Origin: Hyphobacterium sp.
Lineage (GTDB): Bacteria; Pseudomonadota; Alphaproteobacteria; Caulobacterales; Maricaulaceae
Direction: 5' to 3'
DNA length: 64,000 nt
Assembly: GCF_965229905.1 (NCBI RefSeq)
Contig: NZ_OZ245930.1
Location: 2,407,327 to 2,471,326 of the forward strand
The first letter of the stretch is position 1. Every line of letters starts with the position of its first letter. The notes beneath the pieces were generated by a model. That model worked only from the letters and a program-made list of their open reading frames with translations. It searched no databases and had not been told where the DNA came from. This document shows positions 1 to 9,025 of this stretch, one piece after another. Position numbers and translations under genes: made by a program.

Positions 1-113
1 ATCTCCTTGTCGCCGGTGCTTACGGCCATTCGCGCCTTCGCGAATTTGTATTTGGCGGCGTCACCCGGACCTTGCTGGCTGCGACGGATGGTCCGGCCTT
101 GCTGTTGGCTCAT
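1..113 (-). CDS. 5' end of a minus-strand ORF running off the left window edge (MSQQQGRTIRRSQQGPGDAAKYKFAKARMAVSTGDKE...), function unknown
   Basis: ATG is the complement of cat 111-113 and the frame stays open to position 1. Third codon positions are mostly G/C. It is absent from the ORF track because it is truncated. No family recognised. Confidence 0.3.
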   Translation of the reverse strand, partial: MSQQQGRTIRRSQQGPGDAAKYKFAKARMAVSTGDKE

Positions 114-168
114 TGACGACGGGTCGCCGCGCAAGCTTAAATTCTGCCAACCGAGGGAGGCAAGTTCT

Positions 169-543
169 ATGGCGCTTTATCGAGTTGTGATGCGGCTGAC
201 GCGAAATCCCGGCACCAGCTTTCCCGATGGCGATGACCATCGTGGATATACGGTTGTCGCGCCGTTGAATGCCAGCGGACATCTCGATCTCGAACTCTGG
301 CGTGAGCATAAGGAACAATGCACAGTTCTCCGTTTTTCCCCGGACGAAGACGAGAAGGCGGATGGCTGGCTGACCCATCGCGGGAGCTACTGGTATTTCC
401 GGTATGATGAAGAAGACGAGGGACCTGATGAACCTGTGTTTCGCCTGGGCGACCACGTTCTTCGCAAGGGCGAGTACATCACCATCCACGAAGCCGATGG
501 TGAGGATCTGACACACAAGATCACCGACGTGGTGAAGGTCTAG
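169..543 (+). CDS. Small acidic hypothetical protein (124 aa)
   Basis: Internal ATG at 169 of the 7..543 ORF, preceded by GAGGGAGG (153-160). The upstream part of the ORF is R/C/W-rich and unlikely to be coding. No family recognised. Confidence 0.6.
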   Translation: MALYRVVMRLTRNPGTSFPDGDDHRGYTVVAPLNASGHLDLELWREHKEQCTVLRFSPDEDEKADGWLTHRGSYWYFRYDEEDEGPDEPVFRLGDHVLRKGEYITIHEADGEDLTHKITDVVKV

Positions 544-1529
544 CCGGCTTCCTCGACCACAAAGGCCATTCGATCGGCAGACGGCGATACGGCCAGCCGC
601 GTCACAGCACCGCTGCCGAGCGGCGACAAGTCGGCAACGGCCGTCCATTCCGCATTGTCAGACGTGCGGAATAGGAGCTGGCCGTCCGCGGCTGTAAACC
701 AGCCGAGTTCGCCCTCCGGTGTCGTGAATACGGCGTAATCCTGCGTTTCCCCCGGCAGCGCAAAAAGCTCGCTGACCGTCTGGCCGGCAAAACCGAAGCG
801 ATTGACAGTCCAGCTGCCGTCCGATTGCGGCAATGTGAAGTAAGCGGAATTGCCATCAGGCGACGTGTAGAGCGCGCGCCCGATTCCCGTCGTGATCTCC
901 GCCCGGCGGCCATTTTCGATGTCGACCCACAGAAGGGTGAAGGGGTCCGTCAGGGCAAACAACAGCAGCTGCGACTGATCACCTGACAAGGCGTAATAGC
1001 CGGCGGGTCCATAGTCATGGATGGGCGCTGTCGAGCCGCCTTCCAGGCGCTGACGCCAAGCCTGACCGCCGACCTGACCGGGCGGCTGGTGAATGTAGGT
1101 TACCGACCGGCCGTCCGGCGACGGGCGCGGTGAATACTCGCTTTCGTCCGGCGTCCGGGTGATGACGCGAATGTCGCCGTTGGCGCTTCGATAATGGATG
1201 TCGGTGTTGGCGCCGGACGTCTCCGTCGTGAAATAGAATCCGCCGGACGAATCGAAGGCCGGCTGATTGTCGTAATTACTACGCGCCGTGACGACTTCCG
1301 GCGTCCCGAGCACAGGCTGGCCGTCAATCCAGGTCAGTTCCGCGACCGCAATGTCGTTCGCCGGCAAACCGGCCGCGTTGTCCTGCGCGTCGTCCGCCGT
1401 CGATGCTTCCTCGGCTGTATCAGCGCCCGCCGCTTCTTCGCCGGCATCCGCCGGCGCGATATCGTCAGATGCGCTGCAAGCCGACAGAGCCAGGAGTGCC
1501 GACGCAGAAAGGAACAAGGCGCGCATCAA
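540..1529 (-). CDS. Lipoprotein with TolB-like / PD40 beta-propeller repeats
   Basis: N-terminal signal with lipobox (LLALSAC). Ala/Asp/Glu-rich linker. Repeated PD40-type motifs (SPRPSPDGRSVTY, YTSPDGNSAYF). Start lies 7 nt downstream of the KAS III-B stop. Confidence 0.8.
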   Translation of the reverse strand: MMRALFLSASALLALSACSASDDIAPADAGEEAAGADTAEEASTADDAQDNAAGLPANDIAVAELTWIDGQPVLGTPEVVTARSNYDNQPAFDSSGGFYFTTETSGANTDIHYRSANGDIRVITRTPDESEYSPRPSPDGRSVTYIHQPPGQVGGQAWRQRLEGGSTAPIHDYGPAGYYALSGDQSQLLLFALTDPFTLLWVDIENGRRAEITTGIGRALYTSPDGNSAYFTLPQSDGSWTVNRFGFAGQTVSELFALPGETQDYAVFTTPEGELGWFTAADGQLLFRTSDNAEWTAVADLSPLGSGAVTRLAVSPSADRMAFVVEEAG

Positions 1530-1535
1530 TGGCTC

Positions 1536-2654
1536 CTAGCGTTTTTCGATGATGGCGGCACCGCAGCCATAGCCGGCGCCGAATGCGCACAGAAGTCCGC
1601 GCTCGCCGGTGTCCATGTCGTCGGAGTTAAGGTCAAATGTCATCAAAACGCTTGAGGACGAGGTATTGCCGTACTCGTTGAGAATGATCGGTGCAGCGTC
1701 GGCATCCGGCTCCCGCTCGAGCGCCTTTTTCACAACGGCTTGGACGATCCGGATGTTGGCCTGGTGAAGCCATCCGCGGCGTATGTCCTGTGGCTTGTAG
1801 CCAAGATCCGATATCAATTGCGATGAAACCGAAGACGCCAGCGGGATAACGTCGCGGAACACGCGGTGTCCATCCTGGTCAACAAACGCTTCGAACTCAT
1901 CACCCTCTTCGAATTCGGTATGATTCATGAAGCCGAAATCGGAGCGCAGCGCGTTGGACCAGCGTGTTTCCAGGCGCACACCCTGGAGTTCCCATCCGCC
2001 AGGCTCGCGGTCACCGGCTTCCAGCAGGACGGCAGCAGACGCGTCGCCGAAAATGAAGTGAACCTCGCGGCGACGATAGTGGTTGATGGCGCTCATGACT
2101 TCCGGGCAAACGATGAGAATCGCATCGGCCTGTCCGGTGCGAATCAGCTCGCGCGCCTGTTGCATGGCGAAGATTGCCGAGGCGCAGGCCATGGTCATGT
2201 CGAACGCCCAACCGCGTGTCATGCCGAGCGCATTCTGTATTTCGACGGATACCGCCGGGAAATTCCGTTGTTGAGCGGACGATGCGACGATCACGCCGTC
2301 CACGTCGTCGGCGGTGCGGCCTGCTTTTTCCAAGGCCTTGCGTGCCGCCGACAGCCCGAACTCGGCCTGGAATGCCAACGCTTCCTTTTCGCGATGGGGA
2401 ATGCGCGGGCGCATCCGGTCGATGTCCATCAGGCCGGCCTTGTCGACGACGTGACGGTTCATGATACCCGATGCCTGCTCGATAAACTGCTCGCTCGAAA
2501 ACGGGATCTCGTTGATCTCGCCGCGTGCGATCGCGTCGGCATTCTCTGTGTTGAACCGTTCGGCATAAGCATTGAAAACCGCGACAAGTTCGCTGTTGCT
2601 TATGCTCGCGTCCGGAACGGTCCAGCCGACAGATCGGATTATGCAGTCTCTCAT
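1536..2654 (-). CDS. FabH-like beta-ketoacyl synthase III family protein (paralog B, 372 aa)
   Basis: Thiolase-fold KAS III signatures. Putative catalytic Cys in DMTMACASA, His in WLHQANIRI, Asn in NEYGNTSSSS, and C-terminal GLLCAFGAGY. Its ATG overlaps the stop of paralog A (ATGA at 2651-2654). Confidence 0.85.
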   Translation of the reverse strand: MRDCIIRSVGWTVPDASISNSELVAVFNAYAERFNTENADAIARGEINEIPFSSEQFIEQASGIMNRHVVDKAGLMDIDRMRPRIPHREKEALAFQAEFGLSAARKALEKAGRTADDVDGVIVASSAQQRNFPAVSVEIQNALGMTRGWAFDMTMACASAIFAMQQARELIRTGQADAILIVCPEVMSAINHYRRREVHFIFGDASAAVLLEAGDREPGGWELQGVRLETRWSNALRSDFGFMNHTEFEEGDEFEAFVDQDGHRVFRDVIPLASSVSSQLISDLGYKPQDIRRGWLHQANIRIVQAVVKKALEREPDADAAPIILNEYGNTSSSSVLMTFDLNSDDMDTGERGLLCAFGAGYGCGAAIIEKR

Positions 2655-3772
2655 GCCGCTCGTTTCTCCAGGATCACCGAGCCAATAGAATAGCCGGCCC
2701 CGAACGAACAGAGCAGGCCCTTTTCGCCATCCGAGAAGCCGTCCGAATGACGATGGAAGGCCACCAGCGACCCAGCCCCTGCCGTGTTTGCAAATTCGTC
2801 GAGGATGACCGGGGCCTCGTCAGGCGTGAAATCGCGGTCATAGACTTTGCGGGCGATCATCAGATTCATGTTGATATTGGCCTGATGCAGCCATAGCCGC
2901 TTCAAATCATTTGCCGCGAGCTGGTTTTCTTCCAGCTGGCTGCGGATCAAGTCTGCCACCATCGGGCACACTTCCTTGAAGACCTTGCGGCCCTCTTGCG
3001 TGAAGTACCGGTCCTCGAACTCCGGTTCCGGCGTTTCGCTGGCATTCAAGAAGCCGAAATTCGACCGGATATTATTCGAATATGCCGTTTTCATTTTTGT
3101 GTTGAGGATGGCCCAGCCGTCTTGATCGCGATTATCCCGTTCGATGAGCAATGCAACGGCAACATCGCCGAAAATGAAATGGCTGTCGCGGTCCCGGAAG
3201 TTGAGCTGCGGCGTGGTGATCTCGGGCGTGACGAGCAATATCGATCGTGCCTGACCTGTGGCGATGGCATTCACCGCGTTGATCAGGCCAAACGTGCCCG
3301 AGGAGCAGGCAACCGACATGTCATAACCGAAACCCTCAATGCCAAGCGCATCCTGTATCTCGATGGCGATACACGGATAAGTCCGTTGCATTGTGGTTGC
3401 CGAGCAGATCACCCCGTCAATGTCTTTCGGATCGCGATCCGCGGCGGCCAAGGCCTGCTTTGCCGCGGCGATGCCGGCTTCTGCCATGATCGAGACCTCG
3501 CCATCGCTGCGGCGCCGGACTTCAGGCCGCATTCGCATGATATCGAGGACACCAGCCTTATCGATCGTGTAACGAGATTTTATGCCGGATGCTTTCTCGA
3601 TGAAGCCCGTCGAGGACGGGGCCTTAGCTTCGATCTGGCCGGCGGCAATCGCGTCGGCATTGTCCGCATTCCATTGCTCTACCCAGGCATTGAAACACGC
3701 GACCAGCTCTTCATTGCTGACGCTTTCTGGCGGCGTCCAAAGGCCGCTCGAGCGGATTGTTACACCGGTCAT
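2651..3772 (-). CDS. FabH-like beta-ketoacyl synthase III family protein (paralog A, 373 aa)
   Basis: Cys in DMSVACSSG, His in WLHQANINM, Asn in DEFANTAGAG, and GLLCSFGAGY. Alignable over its full length with paralog B. Longer than classical FabH because of an N-terminal insertion (FNAWVEQWNADNADAIAAGQ...). Confidence 0.85.
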   Translation of the reverse strand: MTGVTIRSSGLWTPPESVSNEELVACFNAWVEQWNADNADAIAAGQIEAKAPSSTGFIEKASGIKSRYTIDKAGVLDIMRMRPEVRRRSDGEVSIMAEAGIAAAKQALAAADRDPKDIDGVICSATTMQRTYPCIAIEIQDALGIEGFGYDMSVACSSGTFGLINAVNAIATGQARSILLVTPEITTPQLNFRDRDSHFIFGDVAVALLIERDNRDQDGWAILNTKMKTAYSNNIRSNFGFLNASETPEPEFEDRYFTQEGRKVFKEVCPMVADLIRSQLEENQLAANDLKRLWLHQANINMNLMIARKVYDRDFTPDEAPVILDEFANTAGAGSLVAFHRHSDGFSDGEKGLLCSFGAGYSIGSVILEKRAA

Positions 3773-3791
3773 CTAATCTCGCTGCCCCTTC

Positions 3792-4025
3792 TTAGCGACC
3801 GTCCGGATCGTAGACGGGTTGACGGTCCTGACGTTCCGCCTCGCCGGTCCTCGGGTTTTCACAAACCCATTCCCCTCGCGCGACAGGATCGGTCGAGCGC
3901 GACTGCCGGCAATCGCGGTCCGACATTTCCTGCGCCGTCATCTCGTCGCGGTTTGTGGGCCATTCGAACGTGGAACACCCTCCCAAAACGAACGCGGCCA
4001 AGCCTGTAATGAAAGCGCGGCGCAT
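3792..4025 (-). CDS. Small lipoprotein (77 aa), function unknown
   Basis: Internal start gives MRRAFITGLAAFVLGGCS (lipobox LGGC). GGAGG lies 6 nt upstream. Its ATG overlaps the tag stop codon (TAATG). Confidence 0.6.
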   Translation of the reverse strand: MRRAFITGLAAFVLGGCSTFEWPTNRDEMTAQEMSDRDCRQSRSTDPVARGEWVCENPRTGEAERQDRQPVYDPDGR

Positions 4026-4618
4026 TATCGACCTCCCATTGATCGGACTTCGGCATGGCGCGGGCACTCTATCAAATGATCGTTCACCATGCCGACCGCC
4101 TGCATGAAGGCATAGACGATAACAGGTCCGCAGAATTTGAAACCCCGCTTCTTCAGGTCCTTCGACAGCGCCTCACTTAGCGCCGTCTTGGCGGGAACTT
4201 CAGACATTTGCGACCAGATATTCTGAATCGGTTGACCGCCGATGAATTCCCAAAGGTATTCCGAGAAGTCTTCCCCGTTATCGCACATGTCCAGCCAGAT
4301 CCGCGCACCGCCAATGGCCGCCTGGATTTTGGCGCGCGAGCGGATGATGCCCGGATTGGCGAGCAAGCGGTCAATGTCGTCATCACGATAACGCGCAACC
4401 TTTTCGGGATCGAACTGGCTGAAAGCTTCGCGGATCGTTTCGCGCTTGCGCAAGATCGTTATCCAAGCCAGCCCGGCTTGCATACCGTCGAGCACAAGCT
4501 TCTCCCACAGCGCGCGCGAGTCATATTCGGGCACGCCCCATTCGGTGTCGTGGTAACGGGCATAGAGTGGATCATCGTCCGGCGCCCAGGGGCAACGGCT
4601 CAGCGTGGGTGCGGTCAT
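4025..4618 (-). CDS. tag: DNA-3-methyladenine glycosylase I
   Basis: Canonical Tag N-terminus (RCPWAPDDDPLYARYHDTEWGVP), a length near 190 aa, and a C-terminal Cys/His motif (DHLIECPRH). Confidence 0.9.
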   Translation of the reverse strand: MTAPTLSRCPWAPDDDPLYARYHDTEWGVPEYDSRALWEKLVLDGMQAGLAWITILRKRETIREAFSQFDPEKVARYRDDDIDRLLANPGIIRSRAKIQAAIGGARIWLDMCDNGEDFSEYLWEFIGGQPIQNIWSQMSEVPAKTALSEALSKDLKKRGFKFCGPVIVYAFMQAVGMVNDHLIECPRHAEVRSMGGR

Positions 4619-4663
4619 GAGGGAGCTTTAGCGGCCTCATCGCGCCAAGGCGAGAGCCGGCTT

Positions 4664-5440
4664 TCAGTCGTTGGAAGGCAATACGATGTCGACCAACTTG
4701 CCTTCGACAGTCGGCGCGGCCCCTGCGTTCGCAAGCCGGTCGGTACGAATGCGGGCGATGGCGTGTTTCCCATCGGCAGACGTCAGTTGGCCGATGATTA
4801 TGTCGCCGGCCTTGATATCCTGGCCTTGATCCAGCGGGCCGGACTGACTGACGATTAGAACTGAACGTTTTCGAATCGTACCACGCCGCTTCATGCGAGA
4901 CAGAACCTCTTGGCCAATGAAGCAGCCTTTTTTCCAGGCGATACCGCCGTAAAGATCGAGATTTACGTCGGTTGGAAATACCTCGGCTTCGCCATAATCG
5001 CGACCGAATGCAGGCACTCCCGCAGCGATTTCCCGGCCCACCTGAACAGCCGATCCATCGGAGCTCGCCTCTGGTGCTTGAATTTTGCGTCGCGGCAAGG
5101 CGCCGGACCGCGGGTCGGCTTCACCGGATCCGACCAATACGGCATGTTCCGCCGACACATCAATCTGCACATCGGCGCGCAAGCGGTAGAGGGAAAGTCG
5201 CTTGACCAAGCTCTCGGCGACTCCATGCCAGATGTCGAGGAAAACACCGTTCTCGCGGCCATGGATCAGAAAGTCGGCCAATATCTTGCCTTGCGGCGTT
5301 AGCAAGGCACCCGTGCGGATTTCGCCGGCGGAAAGCCCGCCCATATCGGTTGTGATCACACGCTGCAGGAAGTCGTGCGTATCCTTGCCCGTAATGGTGA
5401 TCACGGATCGGTCAGAAAGGATTGTGTCGGGCGCGGCCAT
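4664..5440 (-). CDS. ygfZ: Folate-binding YgfZ/CAF17 family protein (Fe-S cluster repair/tRNA modification associated)
   Basis: Conserved KGCFIGQE motif and GcvT-like fold signatures. Start chosen at the internal ATG 5440 (MAAPDTILSDRSVITITGKD), which avoids overlap with the divergent GT9 gene. Confidence 0.85.
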   Translation of the reverse strand: MAAPDTILSDRSVITITGKDTHDFLQRVITTDMGGLSAGEIRTGALLTPQGKILADFLIHGRENGVFLDIWHGVAESLVKRLSLYRLRADVQIDVSAEHAVLVGSGEADPRSGALPRRKIQAPEASSDGSAVQVGREIAAGVPAFGRDYGEAEVFPTDVNLDLYGGIAWKKGCFIGQEVLSRMKRRGTIRKRSVLIVSQSGPLDQGQDIKAGDIIIGQLTSADGKHAIARIRTDRLANAGAAPTVEGKLVDIVLPSND

Positions 5441-5504
5441 GCATGGGATATGGCATTGAGGCTGCCGCTGGCCAAGGGGGCGGGCATGAGCTAATCCGCT
5501 CGAC

Positions 5505-6464
5505 ATGAAGCGCATCCTCTTCATCACCTCGACACGGATCGGGGACGCGGTGATCAATTCGGGCGTGTTGGATTATCTGGTGCGCCAGTATCCGGAAGCG
5601 CGCGTGACCATCGCCTGCGGACCGCTGGCACAGCCAGTGCTGGAGCATTCGCCCGGTCTTGAACGCCTGATTATCGTCCGCAAAAAGCCGCTCGGTTTGC
5701 ATTGGTTGGGATTGTGGCGCCGTGTGGTAACCCGGCACTGGGATCTGGTCGTCGATCTGCGCGGATCCGCCATCGCTTATCTGTTGCGCGCACGTCAGCG
5801 GGAGGTGCTGAAGCGAACGCGCGTCAAAATGCACAAGGTGCGCGAAGCGGCCGGCGTGATGCGGCTCGATCCACCGCCGGCTCCGCGCATCTATCTGCCC
5901 GCCGACGCCCGCGAACGCGCCCTTCAATTGTTGCCGCCCGGCCGCGAGTATCTCGTTGTCTGCCCGTCTGCGAGCTTGCCGTTCAAAATGTGGCCGGCGA
6001 GCAATTTTGCTGACGTGGTGAAGGCACTCGTTTCGCCCGGCGGCGCCATGGCAGGAGCGGGCGTCGTGATCGTTGGCGGTCCCGGCGATGAAGAACACGC
6101 GATGCCGATAAAGAACATACTTCCAGACGCCGGTGTGCTGGATTTGACTGGCAAACTCTACTTGTCCGATGTCGCCGCAGTCGTCGAACGCGCGCGGTTG
6201 TTCATCGGCAATGATTCCGGCGTGATGCACATTGCTGCGGCCATGGGCGCGCCGACACTCGGTTTGTTCGGGCCGTCCGACGAAATGCTGTATGGTCCAT
6301 ACGGAGACAAGTGCGCGACCGTTCGCGGGCCGCGCGGGTTGGAGGCGACGCTGTCGGAGTTTCCGAACTGGCGGCAGCATCCAACGAGTCTTTTGGAGGA
6401 TTTGCGGGTGCCGATCGTAATCAAAGCCGCAGAGAAATTACTAGAGCGCACGGAGGAAATATGA
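5505..6464 (+). CDS. Glycosyltransferase family 9 (heptosyltransferase-like)
   Basis: N-terminal ILFITSTRIGDAV and C-terminal GNDSGVMHIAAAMGAPTLGLFGPS are typical of ADP-heptose:LPS heptosyltransferases. Confidence 0.85.
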   Translation: MKRILFITSTRIGDAVINSGVLDYLVRQYPEARVTIACGPLAQPVLEHSPGLERLIIVRKKPLGLHWLGLWRRVVTRHWDLVVDLRGSAIAYLLRARQREVLKRTRVKMHKVREAAGVMRLDPPPAPRIYLPADARERALQLLPPGREYLVVCPSASLPFKMWPASNFADVVKALVSPGGAMAGAGVVIVGGPGDEEHAMPIKNILPDAGVLDLTGKLYLSDVAAVVERARLFIGNDSGVMHIAAAMGAPTLGLFGPSDEMLYGPYGDKCATVRGPRGLEATLSEFPNWRQHPTSLLEDLRVPIVIKAAEKLLERTEEI

Positions 6465-7804
6465 GCCGGACATTTGACCTGATCATTCGAGGTGGAGAGA
6501 TCGCCAATCATGCTGGCCGCGGTTCGGGCGATGTTGGCGTCAAAGACGGCAAAATCTCGGCGATCGGCGATCTCGGCCAAGCCGATGCGGGCGAGGTCTT
6601 TGATGCGCGCGGCCTGACGGTTCTGCCGGGCGTGATCGACAGCCAGGTGCATTTCCGCGAACCGGGACTTGAGTGGAAGGAAGATCTGCAATCAGGATCG
6701 CTGGCTGCGGTAATGGGAGGGGTTACGGCGGTGTTCGAGATGCCGAACACCGAGCCGGCAACAACGGATCCGGATGCGCTGAATGACAAGCTGAAGCGTG
6801 CGGCCAATCGCATGCATTGCGATCATGCGTTTTTCGCAGGGGCGACAAACGAAAACGCCGAGCTGCTCACCATTATGGAACAGATGCCGGGATGCTGTGG
6901 CGTCAAGGTGTTCATGGGCGCATCGACGGGCTCTCTCCTGGTTCAGGACGATGCGGGCGTGGAGCGGGTGCTGCGGGCAATCAAACGCCGTGCAGCCTTC
7001 CACAGTGAAGACGAATACCGATTGGCTGAGCGGCGTGGGTTGGCGCGCGAAGGAGACTGGACCAGTCATCTCGACGTGCGCGATGCGGAGGCCGCGATCA
7101 AGTCCACCCATCGCCTGGTGCGGATTGCGCGCTCGACCGGAAAACGCATCCATGTCCTGCACATATCGACCAAGGAAGAGGTCGACTTCCTGCAGCATCA
7201 TCGAGATGTCGCAAGCTGCGAAGTTACACCGCAGCATCTGACGCTGGCCGCGCCGGAAGCTTATGAAGAATTGAAGGGGTTTGCGCAAATGAACCCGCCG
7301 ATCCGGACGGCCGATCACGTTGCGGGGCTGTGGAAAGGCGTGGCGCAAGGCTTGTTCGATGTCGTGGGCTCCGACCATGCGCCTCACACCCGCGAGGAGA
7401 AAGCCAAGCCCTATCCGCAAAGTCCAGCGGGCATGCCGGGCGTGCAGACACTGGTGCCCATCATGTTGACCCATGTCGCTGAGGGACGGTTAAGCCTGGA
7501 GCGGTTTGTCGACCTGACGAGCCATGGCGCGCAGCGGATCTTCGCGATCGCCAACAAGGGCCGGATGGCGGTCGGCTGGGATGCCGACTTCACAATCGTC
7601 GACCTGAAAGCGGAACGCGAAATCACCGAGGATTGGATTGCCTCGAAATGTGGTTGGTCGCCCTTCACGGGGTCCAAAACGAAGGGCTGGCCGATGGCAA
7701 CAATCATTCGCGGTCAGACCGTGATGCGGGAAGACGAATTGTTGAAGCCTGCAACCGGTCAGCCGATCTCCTTCATGGAAACCCTGCCGGAGGAAGACGC
7801 TTGA
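6461..7804 (+). CDS. Dihydroorotase-like cyclic amidohydrolase (447 aa)
   Basis: Metal-binding DSQVHFREPG, GSDHAPHTREEK, and an N-terminal beta-sandwich (DLIIRGGEI...VKDGKISAIG). ATG 6461 overlaps the GT9 stop (ATGA), with GGAGG upstream. I cannot decide whether it is the housekeeping PyrC. Confidence 0.8.
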   Translation: MSRTFDLIIRGGEIANHAGRGSGDVGVKDGKISAIGDLGQADAGEVFDARGLTVLPGVIDSQVHFREPGLEWKEDLQSGSLAAVMGGVTAVFEMPNTEPATTDPDALNDKLKRAANRMHCDHAFFAGATNENAELLTIMEQMPGCCGVKVFMGASTGSLLVQDDAGVERVLRAIKRRAAFHSEDEYRLAERRGLAREGDWTSHLDVRDAEAAIKSTHRLVRIARSTGKRIHVLHISTKEEVDFLQHHRDVASCEVTPQHLTLAAPEAYEELKGFAQMNPPIRTADHVAGLWKGVAQGLFDVVGSDHAPHTREEKAKPYPQSPAGMPGVQTLVPIMLTHVAEGRLSLERFVDLTSHGAQRIFAIANKGRMAVGWDADFTIVDLKAEREITEDWIASKCGWSPFTGSKTKGWPMATIIRGQTVMREDELLKPATGQPISFMETLPEEDA

Positions 7805-8568
7805 TGGGCGAGCGGACGAGTTTCTACTTCTTCGACATCGACGAAAACATCCTGCACCTGCCAACCAAAGTTCACCTGCTCAACACGGTGACCGGCGAGG
7901 AAAAGACGATGTCGCAGCGGGAGTTCGAAGGCATCCGCGCCTATCTCGGTGTAGCAGGTGACTGGGAAGATTGGGCGGCGCCGCCGGAAAAAGCGTTTCG
8001 CGAGTTCGCAGACGGCAAGGATCGTAATGGCGAGGAATATTTGCATCGTGATATTCGCCGCGCGCTCAAGACGGATCAGTGGAAGGGGCCGTCTTGGGAC
8101 ATCTTCCGATACGCCGTTTTGAAGAAACGTCCGATCGCGGTCGTGACCGCGCGGCAGCACTCGCGAACAACCATCAAGGAAGGCATCAACCTGCTCTGCG
8201 AGGCCGGCGAGATACCGGAAAACCCAGACTATGTTTCGATCTTCGGCGTTTCGAATCCTGACGTGAAAGCCGAGCTGGGCGCGCATCTGACCACAGCCGG
8301 GCTGAAGCGGAAAGCCATCCGTATGTGCGTAGAGCGCGGTCTCGACGCATACGGCCGCGATCTGCCGCACAGTTTTGGAATGTCGGACGACGATCCGAAA
8401 AACGTCGACCTCATCACGTCGGCCATGCTCGAGTGCAAGATCGATTATCCCGACAAGCGGTTCTTCGTGATCTCCACCAATCGCCGCCAGCATGTGAAAC
8501 TGGAAGTGTTTCCGCCGCACAAGGAAGAATCCAAGCTGCGGGCTGCAGAAGGCGACTATTACGGCTAG
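7804..8568 (+). CDS. HAD-superfamily-like hydrolase, function unknown
   Basis: HAD motif I-like FFDIDEN, motif II-like VVTAR, and motif IV-like GMSDDD. Its ATG overlaps the upstream stop (TGATG). Confidence 0.6.
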   Translation: MGERTSFYFFDIDENILHLPTKVHLLNTVTGEEKTMSQREFEGIRAYLGVAGDWEDWAAPPEKAFREFADGKDRNGEEYLHRDIRRALKTDQWKGPSWDIFRYAVLKKRPIAVVTARQHSRTTIKEGINLLCEAGEIPENPDYVSIFGVSNPDVKAELGAHLTTAGLKRKAIRMCVERGLDAYGRDLPHSFGMSDDDPKNVDLITSAMLECKIDYPDKRFFVISTNRRQHVKLEVFPPHKEESKLRAAEGDYYG

Positions 8569-8993
8569 TCCAGCACTTCGTTCAGAAGCGCCTGACTCAT
8601 TTGCGCACCGCGCCGTGCGAGGTTGCGGCGCTGCGCTTCGGCTTCCGCGCCGCAGCGGACCCGCGAACGCTGCTCGACCTGATAACCGTCATTGAACGCA
8701 TCGATCAGCCGTTCACGGCGGTAGCCGGAAATCGGCGCTTCGAGCTGGAGCAATTCGATCATGCGCGCGCGCCAATGCTGTGCATCGCTGCCTTCACACG
8801 CATAGGCGAGATAATGCAACTGGCCGAGTGTGTAGGCAAGATAGGGCAGGGTGCGGCCCGGATCACGGAACGGATCGGCACGGCTCTCCGCGTCTTCCTG
8901 TACGGCCGACACCGGCTCGGTCGTGCCGGGCTTGGTTTGGGCCAAGGCAGGCGAGATCATCGCCAGCGACATTAGGACAGCGAGCCGTTTCAT
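8565..8993 (-). CDS. Secreted conserved hypothetical protein (resembles the alphaproteobacterial TIGR02301 family)
   Basis: Internal start gives a signal peptide (MKRLAVLMSLAMISPALAQ). Conserved-looking core LGQLHYLAYACEG...HWRARM. Family name is from memory only. Confidence 0.6.
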   Translation of the reverse strand: MKRLAVLMSLAMISPALAQTKPGTTEPVSAVQEDAESRADPFRDPGRTLPYLAYTLGQLHYLAYACEGSDAQHWRARMIELLQLEAPISGYRRERLIDAFNDGYQVEQRSRVRCGAEAEAQRRNLARRGAQMSQALLNEVLD

Positions 8994-9025
8994 GCCGATA
9001 ATTTTGCGCAGGAATGTGACCAGGT

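Noticed and set aside
540-543. Palindromic stop-stop junctions of convergent genes: CTAG at 540-543 and 18803-18806, and TGATCA at 35204-35209.
   Set aside because: This is a trivial consequence of TAG/TGA stops meeting on opposite strands in a compact genome. It is noted only because it leaves no room for terminators.
61-648. A 195-aa minus-strand ORF overlapping the 169..543 gene and the 3' end of the propeller lipoprotein gene.
   Set aside because: Cys/Arg-rich translation with no RBS. It overlaps better-supported genes on both sides.
5412-6380. A 322-aa minus-strand ORF opposite the GT9 gene.
   Set aside because: The plus strand has diagnostic heptosyltransferase motifs. The antisense frame is Arg/His/Ala/Gly-rich.
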